Assembly (NCBI GenBank): GCA_045837725.1
Contig: JBEWZL010000138.1
Location: 1-64,000 of the forward strand
Direction: 5' to 3'
Source of the DNA: Vermamoeba vermiformis
Lineage: Eukaryota
Length of the DNA: 64,000 bases
Each line of letters begins with the position of its first letter. Positions within the stretch are counted from its first letter, which is position 1. A model generated the notes under the pieces. That model was not told the DNA's origin. It saw nothing but the letters and a program-made list of their open reading frames with translations, and ran no database searches. The translations under genes and the position numbers were made by a program. Shown piece after piece: positions 1-12,330 of the stretch.

Positions 1-160
1 TTTCTCCGTTTAGTCGTTAGTAATTCGAAATACGAGAGATTTGTTTGTGTTGATCTTCCCGCAGTCCGAAAAAGTCATTAATTTGAACCTTGTTTGGAAT
101 ATTTATCGCATTCTTGACACTCCAACAACACAATACATATGACATATTAATATAATCGCA

Positions 161-1201
161 ATGGTGAAGGAAAGCACGTTCATTGATTTGAATAAAGGCG
201 CGACACTGATCTTTTTTCTGATCATGTTGACTGTTTATGACCGGTAAGGCCTGAAAATAATAGTAACATACTTTTACATGGTATTAGTTTATAATTTGTG
301 CTTTTACATGTCAATTAGTGCTCGATCAACGTCATTAATTTTTCAATAATTATTCCTAATTTCCCCTTTGCATTAATTTTACTTCCTAGAGAAATTATAA
401 TGCTAAGTATCATATTTTCTAACGTTTAAAATTCTTTCAGATGGAGCAACACGACTGCCGTGATCTACACTGCTATTCACGGCGCCTATGGTATTCTATG
501 GGTTACCAAAGGATTTTTCTTCCCTGATGCTACATTCGTACGAGATTGCAGCTATTTTTGGGGCATTTTTGTTGTATTAGGGTAAGATACTACAAGATCA
601 TCTTCGATCGACAAAAAATCTTTCATTTGCAAATCAGTACTTTCGCCTTAACCTTATATAACGATATTATTATACCACGTAATATTAATACTATTTTTGT
701 AGCTCTTTATCGCTTTATTGGAGCGCAGGAGTCATTATTATTGTAAATAACTACGAGGCACCAAACTGGCTGATTCTAGCCGTATTATTGACCTATACTA
801 TTGGTATATTCATTCACTTCACCTCGGACATGATGAAACACGAGCGCTTAAAGTGGAAGCGAGGTACGCAAAACCAGATTTGAAATTGAACCGCCAAGAA
901 ATTTCGTTACACGAGAAGTGTATTCTATTTATTGGCATATTTTAACGTTTATTTTACTATAGGTCTTATTAGCGATGGTTTATTCGCCTATTCAAGAAAC
1001 ATTAACTATTTCGGCGAGTTGCTGATCTATGGCTCGTTCGCAGCGCTTTCAATGCACTGGTTCCCTGTATTATACTTATCACTATTTGTTGGTGCTTATT
1101 GGGTGCCGAGAATGCTCGCTAAAGACAAATCTCTTGCTAAGTACCCTGAATTCGCCGAATACAAAAAGAGATCCGCTCTTTTTATTCCTTACTTGTTTTA
1201 G
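161..1201 (+). CDS. DUF1295 / steroid 5-alpha-reductase-like membrane protein (4 exons)
   Basis: Spliced: MVKESTFIDLNKGATLIFF...TAVIYTAIHGAYGILWVTKGFFFPD...GLISDGLFAYSRNINYFGELLIY...YPEFAEYKKRSALFIPYLF*. The SRNxNYFGE motif is typical of the DUF1295/Steroid_dh/ICMT clan. Confidence 0.85.
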
Positions 1202-1238
1202 TAAATAAAACATAATAGTAGGTATCGCTACCATCACA

Positions 1239-4200
1239 TTAATTAAATACAAACAACGCCATGGCAATGGTAACCACAAAAGATTGACCGATCACGACGG
1301 ATGTACCACCTGAAACTTTTACAGCAGGCGAACGCGGCTTAGGTGCCTAAGAATGAAAATTATTATTCGTGTTATAATATATGACTAGTATCATACCGCT
1401 ACGGGTGTTTGAGGAGCAGCAACGGGTGCCACTGGCGCCGGCAAAGTCCAAGCAACGGCCGCAGTCTCGTACAAATCAGCCGTTGGTTGTGAATCGCCCA
1501 AGTAGGCAACATCGTTTGTGAAGTAGTCGTAATAGTACGCATGGTACTGGCCAGGCATGAATCTGAAATCTCTCGGCACATCGGAGACGGTTCCGATGTA
1601 CACTTCATGCTGCGTAAAGCGTGCCTCCTATTCGTCAACAAATTATTAATGTATAAAACTTAGTGCTAAACTACGCAGTTTTCGAATTCAAAATGACGCG
1701 TGTCAACAACATAGCCTTTGAATGACACGTGTCACCGATTATTTCTTCACAGGAAAAATTCATAAGCTGGAGCAATTGGATGTACTTACTCGCCGAAGTA
1801 GAAAATTGCTGTGGTTGATTACTAATAGTGTATCTCGAAGCCTCGTATACAAAGCCCAACCACTCCCTCACGTTGCCGCCTGCAAATGAAGAAGAGTCCA
1901 TCTAGATACATAGAAAAAGAAATATTAATAATTTGGTCCAAAAAGAATTGAGCGAAAAAGAAGCAAAGATCAACGATAAGCATGCGTTCGTATTGAAAAA
2001 TAAACAATTGCTTACCACAGTACCAGGAAAACCGCCGTAAGAAAAAACTCTTCCCACGTTATACTCCAAAAATTTCGAAATGAAGAGCGAAGATGCACTG
2101 CCGGCAGTACCGTCAGTAATGACGATCGGATCTGCTGGAAAACGAGTGACAGAAATGGCGTCCAGAAAACCGCCAGTATAACAGCTCGCAGGGTAATAGA
2201 ATTGTTGCGTCAGATTCGATGCTTGACCACCACGTGTCACTGTGCGGGGATTGAACCACGAATTGTTTGTGTACAGCTGCCTATCGCTTATCCTAAAAAG
2301 GAAATTAAAATTTTCCTTTCCGTATCTTATCTATCAGCTCGCCAGAATATTTCCTTATTTGGTAATTGAATCCATCCGCGCAAGCTGTACCCTCGTACAG
2401 CAGCGAATATTCAAGTTGGAAAACTTACCTGAGATAATCGGACCCATTTATCATTCCTGCCTGTAACGATTGGTCAGTACAGCTTAAAGCAAGGCATTGA
2501 TCTGCAACTCTTACGTCAACAATGCTAGCGAGTGTTTGTGTTCGTCGAAGGTCGTACCGCTCGTAGTTATTGGTGCCTCTGAATTTTTCACTGAAAATTG
2601 ATGCAGCTTGGTAGGATAAGCAAATATAACCACCGCTAAATACCATGCAAATTAGTATCCGTTTCACTGGTCCTCATTTCATTTGAGTTGATTAGGTTGA
2701 GCTTAGTTACGATTTACTTTTTTAGGGTCTGGAAAGTGAAATGACACATGTCATTGATCAAACGGTGATGATTTAAAGAATTTTGGAGGTACGTACCCGT
2801 TAGCCGAAACATCCACAATGACTCGGTCAATTTGATTGGTGGAAGTGTAATTAGAAAACCCCCTCAAAATGGCGGTGAAACCGTCCGCATTGGCCAAGAA
2901 AGAATAAATCCGAAGATACGGAACAACTTGCTTGTCACTGGTCGTGTAAGTACCCCACCAAATTGTTCCGTCGTCAGTTTGATCAACAATTTGCAAATTT
3001 GTCAGATTGCCACTTTTCACGCTCAAAATGATTTGATCGGAGGCTTGTTGGTCCGATCGCTTTTGAACTGCCTGCAACCGAATACAATGCACATTAGTTA
3101 ATCCGTTAAACACATCAACCACAGATTAACGTCGGATTCAGTAGATCAAAACGAAATAATCTTAGTATCATTATATACAGGTCGAGATTTGGGTTCAGAA
3201 TGAGCTTGCAACGTTACCTGAGTATTCAAGGAGTTGTAATCGAATCTCTTTCGGTAGCTATTACCATCGCCGTTTTGATCATTATCTGAGGTAACTTTGA
3301 TCGGACGGAACTGTTCCCTTCGTTCCTTGTGAATGTCAGGTTGGTACATCAAGTTGTCGCGTGCAGTGATGGATCTTTTCCCTAGAGTTATGGGCTAAAC
3401 AAAAAATAGTTAAGGGGGATACTATTACCCATAGGGAGCTACAATATTCGGAGATCCAGATGCCGGATCTCAAAAAAAATATTCAAGTTGTAACAGCTAC
3501 GTGGTCATATGTGACAATAAATAATCGATATTCCATTCTGTATTACATACCGTGTCGATTTGAGTGACTGCAGCGGCTGAGTTCGGAATGCCGCCACCAA
3601 TGGTAGCGACGAAAGGCACCACCACATCCGTGCCGTTGATTTTCATCGTGCACGATGTAGCCAAGTCGCTTATCGAGAACTGAGTGCCACTTAAACGCAT
3701 AAAGGAGCCATAGGCACTAAGAGCAGCGTTGAAGCGCACTGATTGGTCTTTGTGAAATCCAACGTATTTGTCGACAAAAGCCTACAAAAATTGAGCACGT
3801 TAAATCTATGACTCATGAAGACATTCCCGATAGCAGCACGAGTTAATTCTAAGAAAATTCGAACAATATTTATCATTAATATCACCCAAAAAAAATTCTG
3901 AGCCAACCGAAAATTGTATGACGAATACCAAAAAAGGTTATTTTAGATAATTATTATTTAATTTCGGTTATTTGGTCAGTTGATGTATTTACCTTGAACC
4001 ATTGCACAATTGGCGTTCCATCAATCGCGGTGAGTTCGCCACCAAAGTACGGCGTGGGATCAAAACCAATAATGTTTTTATATGAAGTAGCGTCAATGTT
4101 GCCTTATTATAGATAATATTAAGTAACGTATGAATAAATGAGGTGGATGGATCCGGTACTCACTAGATTGGGTAAGGTAAAACTTGAGAATTCCGTTATC

Positions 4201-5077
4201 GTTTACCGGTTGAACTCCGAATGGCCTTAGGACATTAGTTCTGTAATAGGGCTCGGGGAATGTATACAGGGTATGAGCATCGTTTAAGCTGTTGAATAAA
4301 GTTGCCAAATCTGTTAACATAACCGATCAAGTTAATCATCTCGAGGAGAGATTCGAATGAACGCTATAGTAAATTAAAGTAAACTTACCTGAATGGAAAG
4401 CATAATCATTCTGATAAGTCTTCGCCTCAATCGCGTTCAAACCGCCAACCAGATCAACCTAGTTACATAAATCGTTAGAGTTTTCATGATGAGAAATACG
4501 CGTAATTCTTATTGAATATGAAATATATAGGCAGAAATGATGTAATTGTGCAATCTTAGCGTAATCTCTCGGCGATTAACGCGACGAAAACAAATCCAAA
4601 ATTTCAACAAAACAATTTGGTTTAAATCATTGCAAATACTTACTTGTAAATTCCACGGAGCACCCGAATCCTTTGAGATATCAGTAAACGCATAAAGGTC
4701 AACCAGCTGACGGAGGCGTGAAAGCGTGTTGGCTGCTCTTGTTGAAGAGAAAGGAATGGAATTAAAGCAGGCTTGGACTCTAAGAAATTATCATTAGTAA
4801 GAATACTGCAAGCAACGAGAAAAAAAAGAAGAATTAATTTATAAGCTTTTAAAATTTAAAGATCAGCATCCGGATAGAAGTAAAAAGCTTCCGAACAATG
4901 CTCGATTTCTACTATTATCAGATAATGTTAATATATGGCGTACAATGTAACGTTTCCAGACCAAGCATTACTGCCTACCGGAGCAGGTAAATAACAAGGA
5001 TCGTCTCCGGGACCTCCTGCTTGGACGTGATGGCAAGCTACTAGAATAAGCGTAACGAAGATTACTAACTCTTTCAT
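1239..5077 (-). CDS. Secreted, probably GPI-anchored peptidase S41-family protein (multi-exon)
   Basis: Signal peptide MKELVIFVTLILVACHHVQA; QACFNSIPF; LFNSLNDAHT; IVDVSANG|GGYI; ITDGTAGSASSLF (putative catalytic Ser); Pro/Ala linker and hydrophobic C-terminus SFVVTIAMALFVFN*. Confidence 0.8.
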
Positions 5078-5586
5078 TGAGTTGTGGTCGCTTAACTCTA
5101 TCAATGAAATAAAGTTTGTAAACGTGACAACGGCAGAAATCGAATTTTCTATATTTAGCAATCAAACTAACTTACTAACACCATGCTCTTTCAGCTTGAC
5201 TTGAATGCGAGCTTCTTTATCATAGTACGCAGGGTTGAACTCTCTGTTGCTTCAAGGACGATACAGAATTCGCGCCAAAATTTGATTATGGCGACATTTT
5301 AATTTTCTGGAAAGAGATAATTACATTAAATTTGTGGACCTCTATTGCAACAATAATACGATTTTTAAACAACTTCAATTATTTTCATAATTTTTAAAAA
5401 AAAAATTATAATTTGACTGTGCCAGGCGTCTTACCACGAAGTTGCTTTCTTCTACCACAGCTTACTAAATTGTAACAATAATAGCAATAATATTTGTGGC
5501 TTTTCCAGTGATAAATCAAAGTTTCATCTCGATCGTGTTGTTGCGCAACAAAAAATTGTCTTTCTAATGAATAAATAGAGTTTATT

Positions 5587-6418
5587 TTACCACTCAGATA
5601 CAGGACGAACTTTGACCCAATGAGCCACGCCAGGACGAGCACCGACGCGTTGGTACAATCCGTTCAAAAGAGGGAACTCTGTAGGGAGAGCTGCATCCGC
5701 AGCAAGCGAGTTGAAATAGGTGTTATAGATCCAAAAATCAGCGAGCGTAATCTATATTTATAAGAGGTTAATATTTGCTCACTTTAGAAAACAGAAGATC
5801 CCACTTACGTCATCTCCAACCAAGAAACCTTGGCCACCGTTGTTATTCTTCAAAATTCGTTCGAAATGAGCAAACCATTTGCGTCTAGCTTGAACTTTAG
5901 CGGCAGCCTATTATTTATCGTTAGTAAAGTCAGAATTTAAGTCCTAGACTACACGATCGTACTTCAGTTTCCTTGTCAGCTGCAATTCGGAGGTCTCTGA
6001 CTGCATCAACAATACTGTCGACAATAGCTTGCTCGATATCATTTTTGCCTAAGCGAAATAAGTTAGTCAAACCGGATTTGCTCCGCGAGCCAAGCTTACC
6101 ATAAAGATTGTATTGCTTAGCCAAGTAACGAGTAATAGCAACTGATTGAGCAATACGGGTGCCGTTAATTTCTAAAACGGGCAATTGACCGAAAGGAAGC
6201 GAAGGCTTCAAGTTCTCAAATTCAGGATCATCATCGTCGTTAGAGAGGCGGTGATCTGGTTTGAACATTAGCAAAAAAATATCGAAAAATCATTTCTAGA
6301 CTGTATAATTACCAATATATTCAACGCCCTTGTCGGCAAAGATCAGTCTAGCAACTTCAGCGAGACCACGGCCGGAAAAGTAGATCAACTTGGGTTTTTG
6401 CGCAGGTGTAGCAGCCAT
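5587..6418 (-). CDS. Glutathione S-transferase (sigma-like class)
   Basis: MAATPAQKPKLIYFSGRGLAEVARLIFADKGVEY; LPFGQLPVLEINGTRIAQSVAITRYLA; GQGFLVGD; ends VAHWVKVRPVSEW*. Confidence 0.93.
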
Positions 6419-6861
6419 TGCTTTAGAATTATTCTTGTTGTACTGTTGTTGTTGTTTAGTCAAGAGACTCTTGATAAATGTGTTCCGAAAGCCAACAGAT
6501 TTTTATGTGCTGATTTTCTGCCCTTCGGACATTCCGTACGGAAGACATCGAATGTTCTCCTGTACAATTCTTTCCTAATTAGGCAATAATCGAAGATTCC
6601 TTTCAAAAGTGAAGCTTCCCCTGAGACAATGGAATATACGGGAAATAAAATGGAACAATTGAGCGAGCTAGCAAAATGCCAGATCACTATAATTTTCGCT
6701 GGAACGTTCTATCCTATCAGTGAAGCTTCGGGGTTTTTCCTTTTGATTAAATGATAATAATTAATGGGTACTTACCTAAACAGATGTGGAATGCCCGCAT
6801 CCACTTCAAGATGAGATCGGGTTACAGAAGGTCAAGTATTTATGTAACAAATTTTACATTA

Positions 6862-8693
6862 TCAAATGTCATCGTATTCATCGCTCGACTCCTCTATAAA
6901 CACCAAAATTAGTACTTAATTACAAAAACCTAAAGCCTCTCGATCAGTGTACCTTGTGACTCTTCCTCGCTTGATGTAAATTCAATCGACTCTTGCTGCT
7001 CGTCTTCTGAATCAGGAGGTGTGTCGGTATAATCGCGATTTCTCTAAAAGATGACGCTGGTTAGTAAACCGATCTGCTTCTTTCGGATGTATTTCCGAAG
7101 TTGACTTACGTTTTGAGAATCATCTGAATCATCCGAATCATATTCGTTGTCTTCATTTACAAGTTCATTATCCATCAACGCCTCATCGAACGATTCGACT
7201 GGAACACTATCAAAATTAACTTGCTTAGTACGCACGTGGCCAAAAGCTGTTACAAATGTTACTACGTACACTGCTTGATGATCTTTCAGCTTTTCTTTTG
7301 GTGCCGCTGATTCATACACGTAGTAATCAACCACAAATTCTTTCTTTTCCCGTTCTAAACAAAGATGTTAGTCTTTCGCTTGGATCGGGATCAACGAGGC
7401 CATGCAATGCACGAGGTGATAAATTAAATCTACCAATAATAGATATTATATATGTACTTGCCTTCTTCTTCAATCTGTGCTTTAGATCGCACAATAGGCA
7501 AGCCATTGATAGTCAACTGACGGGGCTGTTGTCGCTCTTGCGTGACTAACTCGAGTAAATTTACATTTGCACTAGGACTGAAATATATACTCAGTTAGTA
7601 TTTGCTCGATAATAATCAGGTCATTTTAGCGTTACCTTGCTGTCTTAGTGATATTTCGTAGTTTGCTAATTTGTGCAAATCTTGCTGCTTTGCTGGCTTG
7701 CTATAAAATGTCAAAAGTTACTATAATGCGATGCAAATAATAGTAATAATAATCTCTATGTATGAATCAGATGCACTTACATGATGCTTTTGAATACTTT
7801 GAGTTGTCTTTTCGTCCATTGAACGAGGCATGTCGCTATGTGTAATAAATCCGTCCATTCGTTTGTTTTTGAGTGTTTCTAACCGGCTCTATGACAATCA
7901 TTAGTATTAGCGATGTAAGAACAAATTCTATACGAATAGAACTTACTTCAATCGTTGCGTCAAGTTTGACCTCAGTTTGCTCGACTGTTGTAAAATATCT
8001 GAAGAATTTTCGCTCTGTATATAATAGACGCGTTATTAATCGGCATTGTAATAATATTCTCTATTGAATTCGAAAAATTGGCGCGTTATTTTGTGGATCG
8101 ATTTTGAAATGCAATTTCGTGCGTACCTTTTTCATCGATCTTCTTCGCGGCTTGACTCTCTTGAAATTGCTTTTCTCTATCGCGTAGACTAATCACTTGC
8201 ATCGCATCCGCTAATTGAGTCATTTGTCGCTTTGTTGGGCGCTGTTCTTCCAACACTAATAAAAGCATCAATTAATCGGTCCTCATTATAAAATTATTTT
8301 TAAAATATTTTTAAAATATTCAAAGCTGCAAATAGGATTGATTCCGTTTTAGATCCCTAAAAACTTACCGATCGAATCCAACGTAGACTCCTCTCGCTTT
8401 CTTTTTACGCATAAAATCGTGACTTTTGATTGATTATCGGTATTTTTCTGTTCCCCAAGCTGCTTTGCAGGAAAAATAAGGTCTTTTTGCTCGACAACTG
8501 GAGAATTTTGTTTTGCAGCTAATGGATCGAAGAATACAGTCTGTCTTTTCGGTTGCGCTTGATATTTCGGTGTTCTACCATTATTTTCTGAATTTTGGGC
8601 ATTATTGTTGCCGCTGGATTTGCCAGGCAGGTTTGGCTGAAACTTCACCGCCTCTGTCCGCTTCGTAAATCCTTCTGGAATTAACTTGTCCAT
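6862..8693 (-). CDS. Iwr1/SLC7A6OS-like RNA polymerase II nuclear import factor
   Basis: MDKLIPEGF start; ILCVKRKREES motif; VDYYVY segment; acidic C-terminal EYDSDDSDDSQN|RNRDYTDTPPDSEDE resembling the Iwr1 DxNxE...NDYPDE motif. Confidence 0.6.
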
Positions 8694-8898
8694 AACTATA
8701 TTATACAAATGTGTTCGGTGATCGTATTTACAAAATATAATAAACGGAAAGCGCACCGAAAAATTAAGCGGGACAAAGCGGGACTTAACTGCCGCATTAA
8801 GTCAGGATAAATGGTTTTGGATCGCTTTTTTGGTTTATTTAAGCAACTATCTAGTGTAATATACAACATATAGCTGTAATATTTATATTGCAAACAAA

Positions 8899-10490
8899 AT
8901 GTCTGAAAAATTAATGAAACGGATGGACGATCCCAATAACCTGGTATGTTAATTCGTCTAACGCTACCAATTAATATAGCGCATTAAAGAGTATATTATT
9001 TAATTATTTATATGCTTTGATTCAATACCAAACCTCCGCGATCGAAGATTCTGATCAAGATCCAACCAAATTAACTAACTAACCCTATTTCGTTCAGAAA
9101 TGGGCCGAAGATAAGAATCGCTTTGGATATAAAATGGTAATTATTTATTATATTAATTTACAAGACCGAAATTAACTTTGATCTTTGCGATCAGCTGTTG
9201 AAAATGGGCTGGTCAGACGGAAAAGGTTTAGGAGCCAATGAAGATGGCTTAACTACATATGTTAAAGTTGACAAAAGGCTAGACAATAGAGGTATGAGTT
9301 TGACGATCCGGATCACGCGATCTGCCGTAAATAATTCAATTCAGCAAATTAATAGCGCGGTAATATTGAAAATATTTAATTCCTTTTTATTACAGGAATT
9401 GGAGCCGAACAAAAATCAGAAACTTGGGTTCATTCTGGTAGCGATTTTGAAAAAGTATTAAAAAACCTCAGCGCTGTTGCCAGTACGTTACACGAACCAA
9501 TATATCGTGGACTAAATACCTAACTATTACCATGTAGACGAAATTAATCAGAAAACAAAAGAACTGGAAGAATTAAACGAGACAAAGAAAAAAGACAAGA
9601 AGTCAAAAAAGAAATACGACTCGTCTTCCTCTTCTTCATCAGATTCAGATAGTGACAGCGACAGCAGTAGTGATAGTAGCAGCGACTCATCTTCATCATC
9701 AGACTCAGATAGCGACAGTGACAGCAGTTCATCGTCGTATCAAATTCTGACTCAGATTCTTCATCCTCGTCCAGCTCAGATTCATCTTCAAGCTCTTCAT
9801 CAAACTCAAAAAAGTCATCTTCGTCCTCCAGCGAGAGTCAAGAAGAGTCTTCAGGCAAAAGAAAACGATTTGTTCCGAGACATTTCATGTAAGCCTCATT
9901 TTTAGCCTTGAAATCAATCCAATAACCAAATCTTTTATTGCAATCTATTAATTATGTGGCCCAATACTTGTTCTATAAGTATTAACCGATATTTTGCAGT
10001 CCGACTCGAGTTTTGAGATCCAAGTCACCAACAGTTCGTTACTCAAAAGAAGCTTTCCAACAAATCTTCGCGCAAAAGCAAGAACCTATTAGACAAGACA
10101 ATATCCCCGAGAAATATAAGAAGCCAGTATGTACCTAGGCGTTACACAGATCCGTGTACAAGCGGATCTTCAACGCCTGAAAAATCGTTTGGTAGACTTG
10201 TACTAACTATATTTATAGGTTGTAGCCGATGACAACTACGGCGTCATGACTGTACAAAGCTCTTCAAGCATGGAAGATTATTTCAAACAGAAATTAAGTA
10301 CGTTAAAGTAGCAGTTAAACGTTCAAAAAAAATTTTGCTAACAAGCGTATGAATGAGTTACTAACGTACCATTATACTAATAGGTGAAAAGGGTAAAGAT
10401 CTAAGTGTTAGTGGAGGTAAAGGCCTCAAGCGAAAACGTGACTCAGAAGAATCATCGTTGAATAACAAATCGAAAAAGGCTAAAAACTGA
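8899..10490 (+). CDS. PINX1: G-patch protein, PinX1/Pxr1(Gno1)-like
   Basis: MSEKLMKRMDDPNNL|KWAEDKNRFGYKM|LLKMGWSDGKGLGANEDG...KVDKRLDNRG|IGA...FEKVLKNL; Ser/Asp tract; SMEDYFKQKL; basic C-terminus. Confidence 0.85.
9620..9835 (+). repeat. Ser/Asp low-complexity coding repeat in the G-patch gene
   Basis: Near-duplicate units tcatcagaYtcagatagYgacagYgacagcag about 60 bp apart, encoding SSSSDSDSDSDS. Confidence 0.7.
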
Positions 10491-11103
10491 AACAGGCAAA
10501 GTACTGTCTCTTGCGAAAATAATGTAATAAATAGCGAATTATACTTACCAATTACTTTCAAATCGAACTTAAATTTTGAGCGCTCAAAGAACTAAATACC
10601 CTGCGACTCGCAATAAATTGTCTTGCCCGTTAGGAATTTGACTGTCAAGACTATCAATAAGGTGAGCGATACGCAAAGCAGTTGTGAACCTTTCTCTGAA
10701 ATCGATGCACGATAAATTACATCCTGAAAGGCCGTTGATTGGCTGTCACGGTTCATTCCGAATCTTTACTCTGCTTTAACGTTGATTCTGAGGGGATTAT
10801 GAGACTAGCTCATGTTTATACTGTCGCTACTCTTCGCGCCACGGTTCAAATTACAATTAAATAATTTGAATTACGATACAAAATCTTGTCAATTACGTAA
10901 GACGTTAGCATAGAAATAAGAAAAAATATTGTTGATTGTGCTAAGTGTAGTATTCACATAATATAATAGAATTTTCGAGCTTAATCTCGCGAGCCGTTAG
11001 AAAAATTTCTTGAATCGGATTTTAGTAAGCGGGACCAATGGTCGTCCGCAATTTATATTAGTAGTAGCTAGGAAGTACAAAATAAATTATGCAGTTGCCT
11101 TAC

Positions 11104-11915
11104 TTAGAAGAACAAGGCCAAGAGAGCGAGCATCATGCCGAAGGCGGGAACGATCGAGCCAGCAGCATTGAAGCAGTTGGTGTTATCAGTGGCCTTAATG
11201 AATTGGTATCGACCGGCGAATCTGTATTGGTCAAAGAACTGATCGGGGGTGTTGAATTCACGACCGCACAACTTCTTGCCATCAGGAGTACGGCAATCGA
11301 ATGTGGTGTTAGGGTTGGGTTGAGGGCAAGAAGTCATGTCACCACAAGCAGTAAGGAGGGATTGGTAGAATTGGGTGCACAAACGAAGCTTAGATTGGTC
11401 GTTGGTGTCGAGGAAGCTTAGAGATTTAGTCAGCGCAAATCCAAAAAAACATGAGGTTATTTATATTGAATTACCTATCGAGGAAGTCAGGCTTGCATTC
11501 ATAACCGCAAGAAACTAAACCCAACAAGAAAGAGCATTGGTCTATTGAAAGATTCGGTTACCAACAGGACTTTCGTTACCCTATTAATCAAGCTACTTAC
11601 TAGGGGTGGTGCTGCAACCATCGTCGATAACAGCGTCACGAACGTTCACTGATAACAAGGATTAATTAACACGAAATTAAGCGCGAAGATGTGCATTCAC
11701 TTACAGTATTGAGGAACGCAGCAAGTGTCGGCGGAGTATTGAGGGCATTTAGTGTTGGAAGAGCTAACAATATATTAATAACCGTAATAACCGCGGAATT
11801 GTCGTTGCACTTACGGGACTTGGTAAGATGTATCTCTGGGAGCACCAGGGAATTGGCATTTGCCGGCCAAGGCAACGGCAACGAAGCACAAAACGACAAC
11901 GACGATGGCTTTCAT
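11104..11915 (-). CDS. GPI-anchored folate-receptor-family (Folate_rec cysteine-rich domain) protein, 5 exons
   Basis: Spliced: MKAIVVVVLCFVAVALAGKC...KCPQYSADTCCVPQY...GCSTTPNQCSFLLGLVSCGYECKPDF...KLRLCTQFYQSLLTACGD...CFNAAGSIVPAFGMMLALLALFF*. The Cys spacing fits the folate receptor/riboflavin-binding fold; signal peptide and GPI-like tail. Confidence 0.72.
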
Positions 11916-12330
11916 TGTTTTAGCGAGACTTGTGTGGAGTCTGTTGATAAAATTGAAATAAAATGAAGATTTTGTCGTTGCTGCCAAACTTGTCTGGTGA
12001 ACCACGTGCTGCACCACAACCGCTGATCCGCACCGTAACATCGGGTAAACGAAGTGATGAAAGGAGTAATGACAAACCGCTGAACGTAACATCATCAAGC
12101 TTGTTGATTCATTTCAACGGATTTGATCATTGATCTGGAACTAGAATTTATTTTAGAATAGTCTTCCCGTTGTCAAATAAAGGGAGGATATAAGTAAGTC
12201 ATGCCCATGGAGTATTCACGTTGTCTGTATTTTTGGGATATTTATAAGCTGAGTTTTCACGTGTGCGATCGGTTTTTTTGTCATTTTCATAAAATCGTTG
12301 TCTAGAGGAGCAATATATGAGGACCATATA

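Noticed and set aside
11089..11421. 110-aa plus-strand ORF
   Set aside because: Antisense to the last exon of the folate-receptor-like gene.
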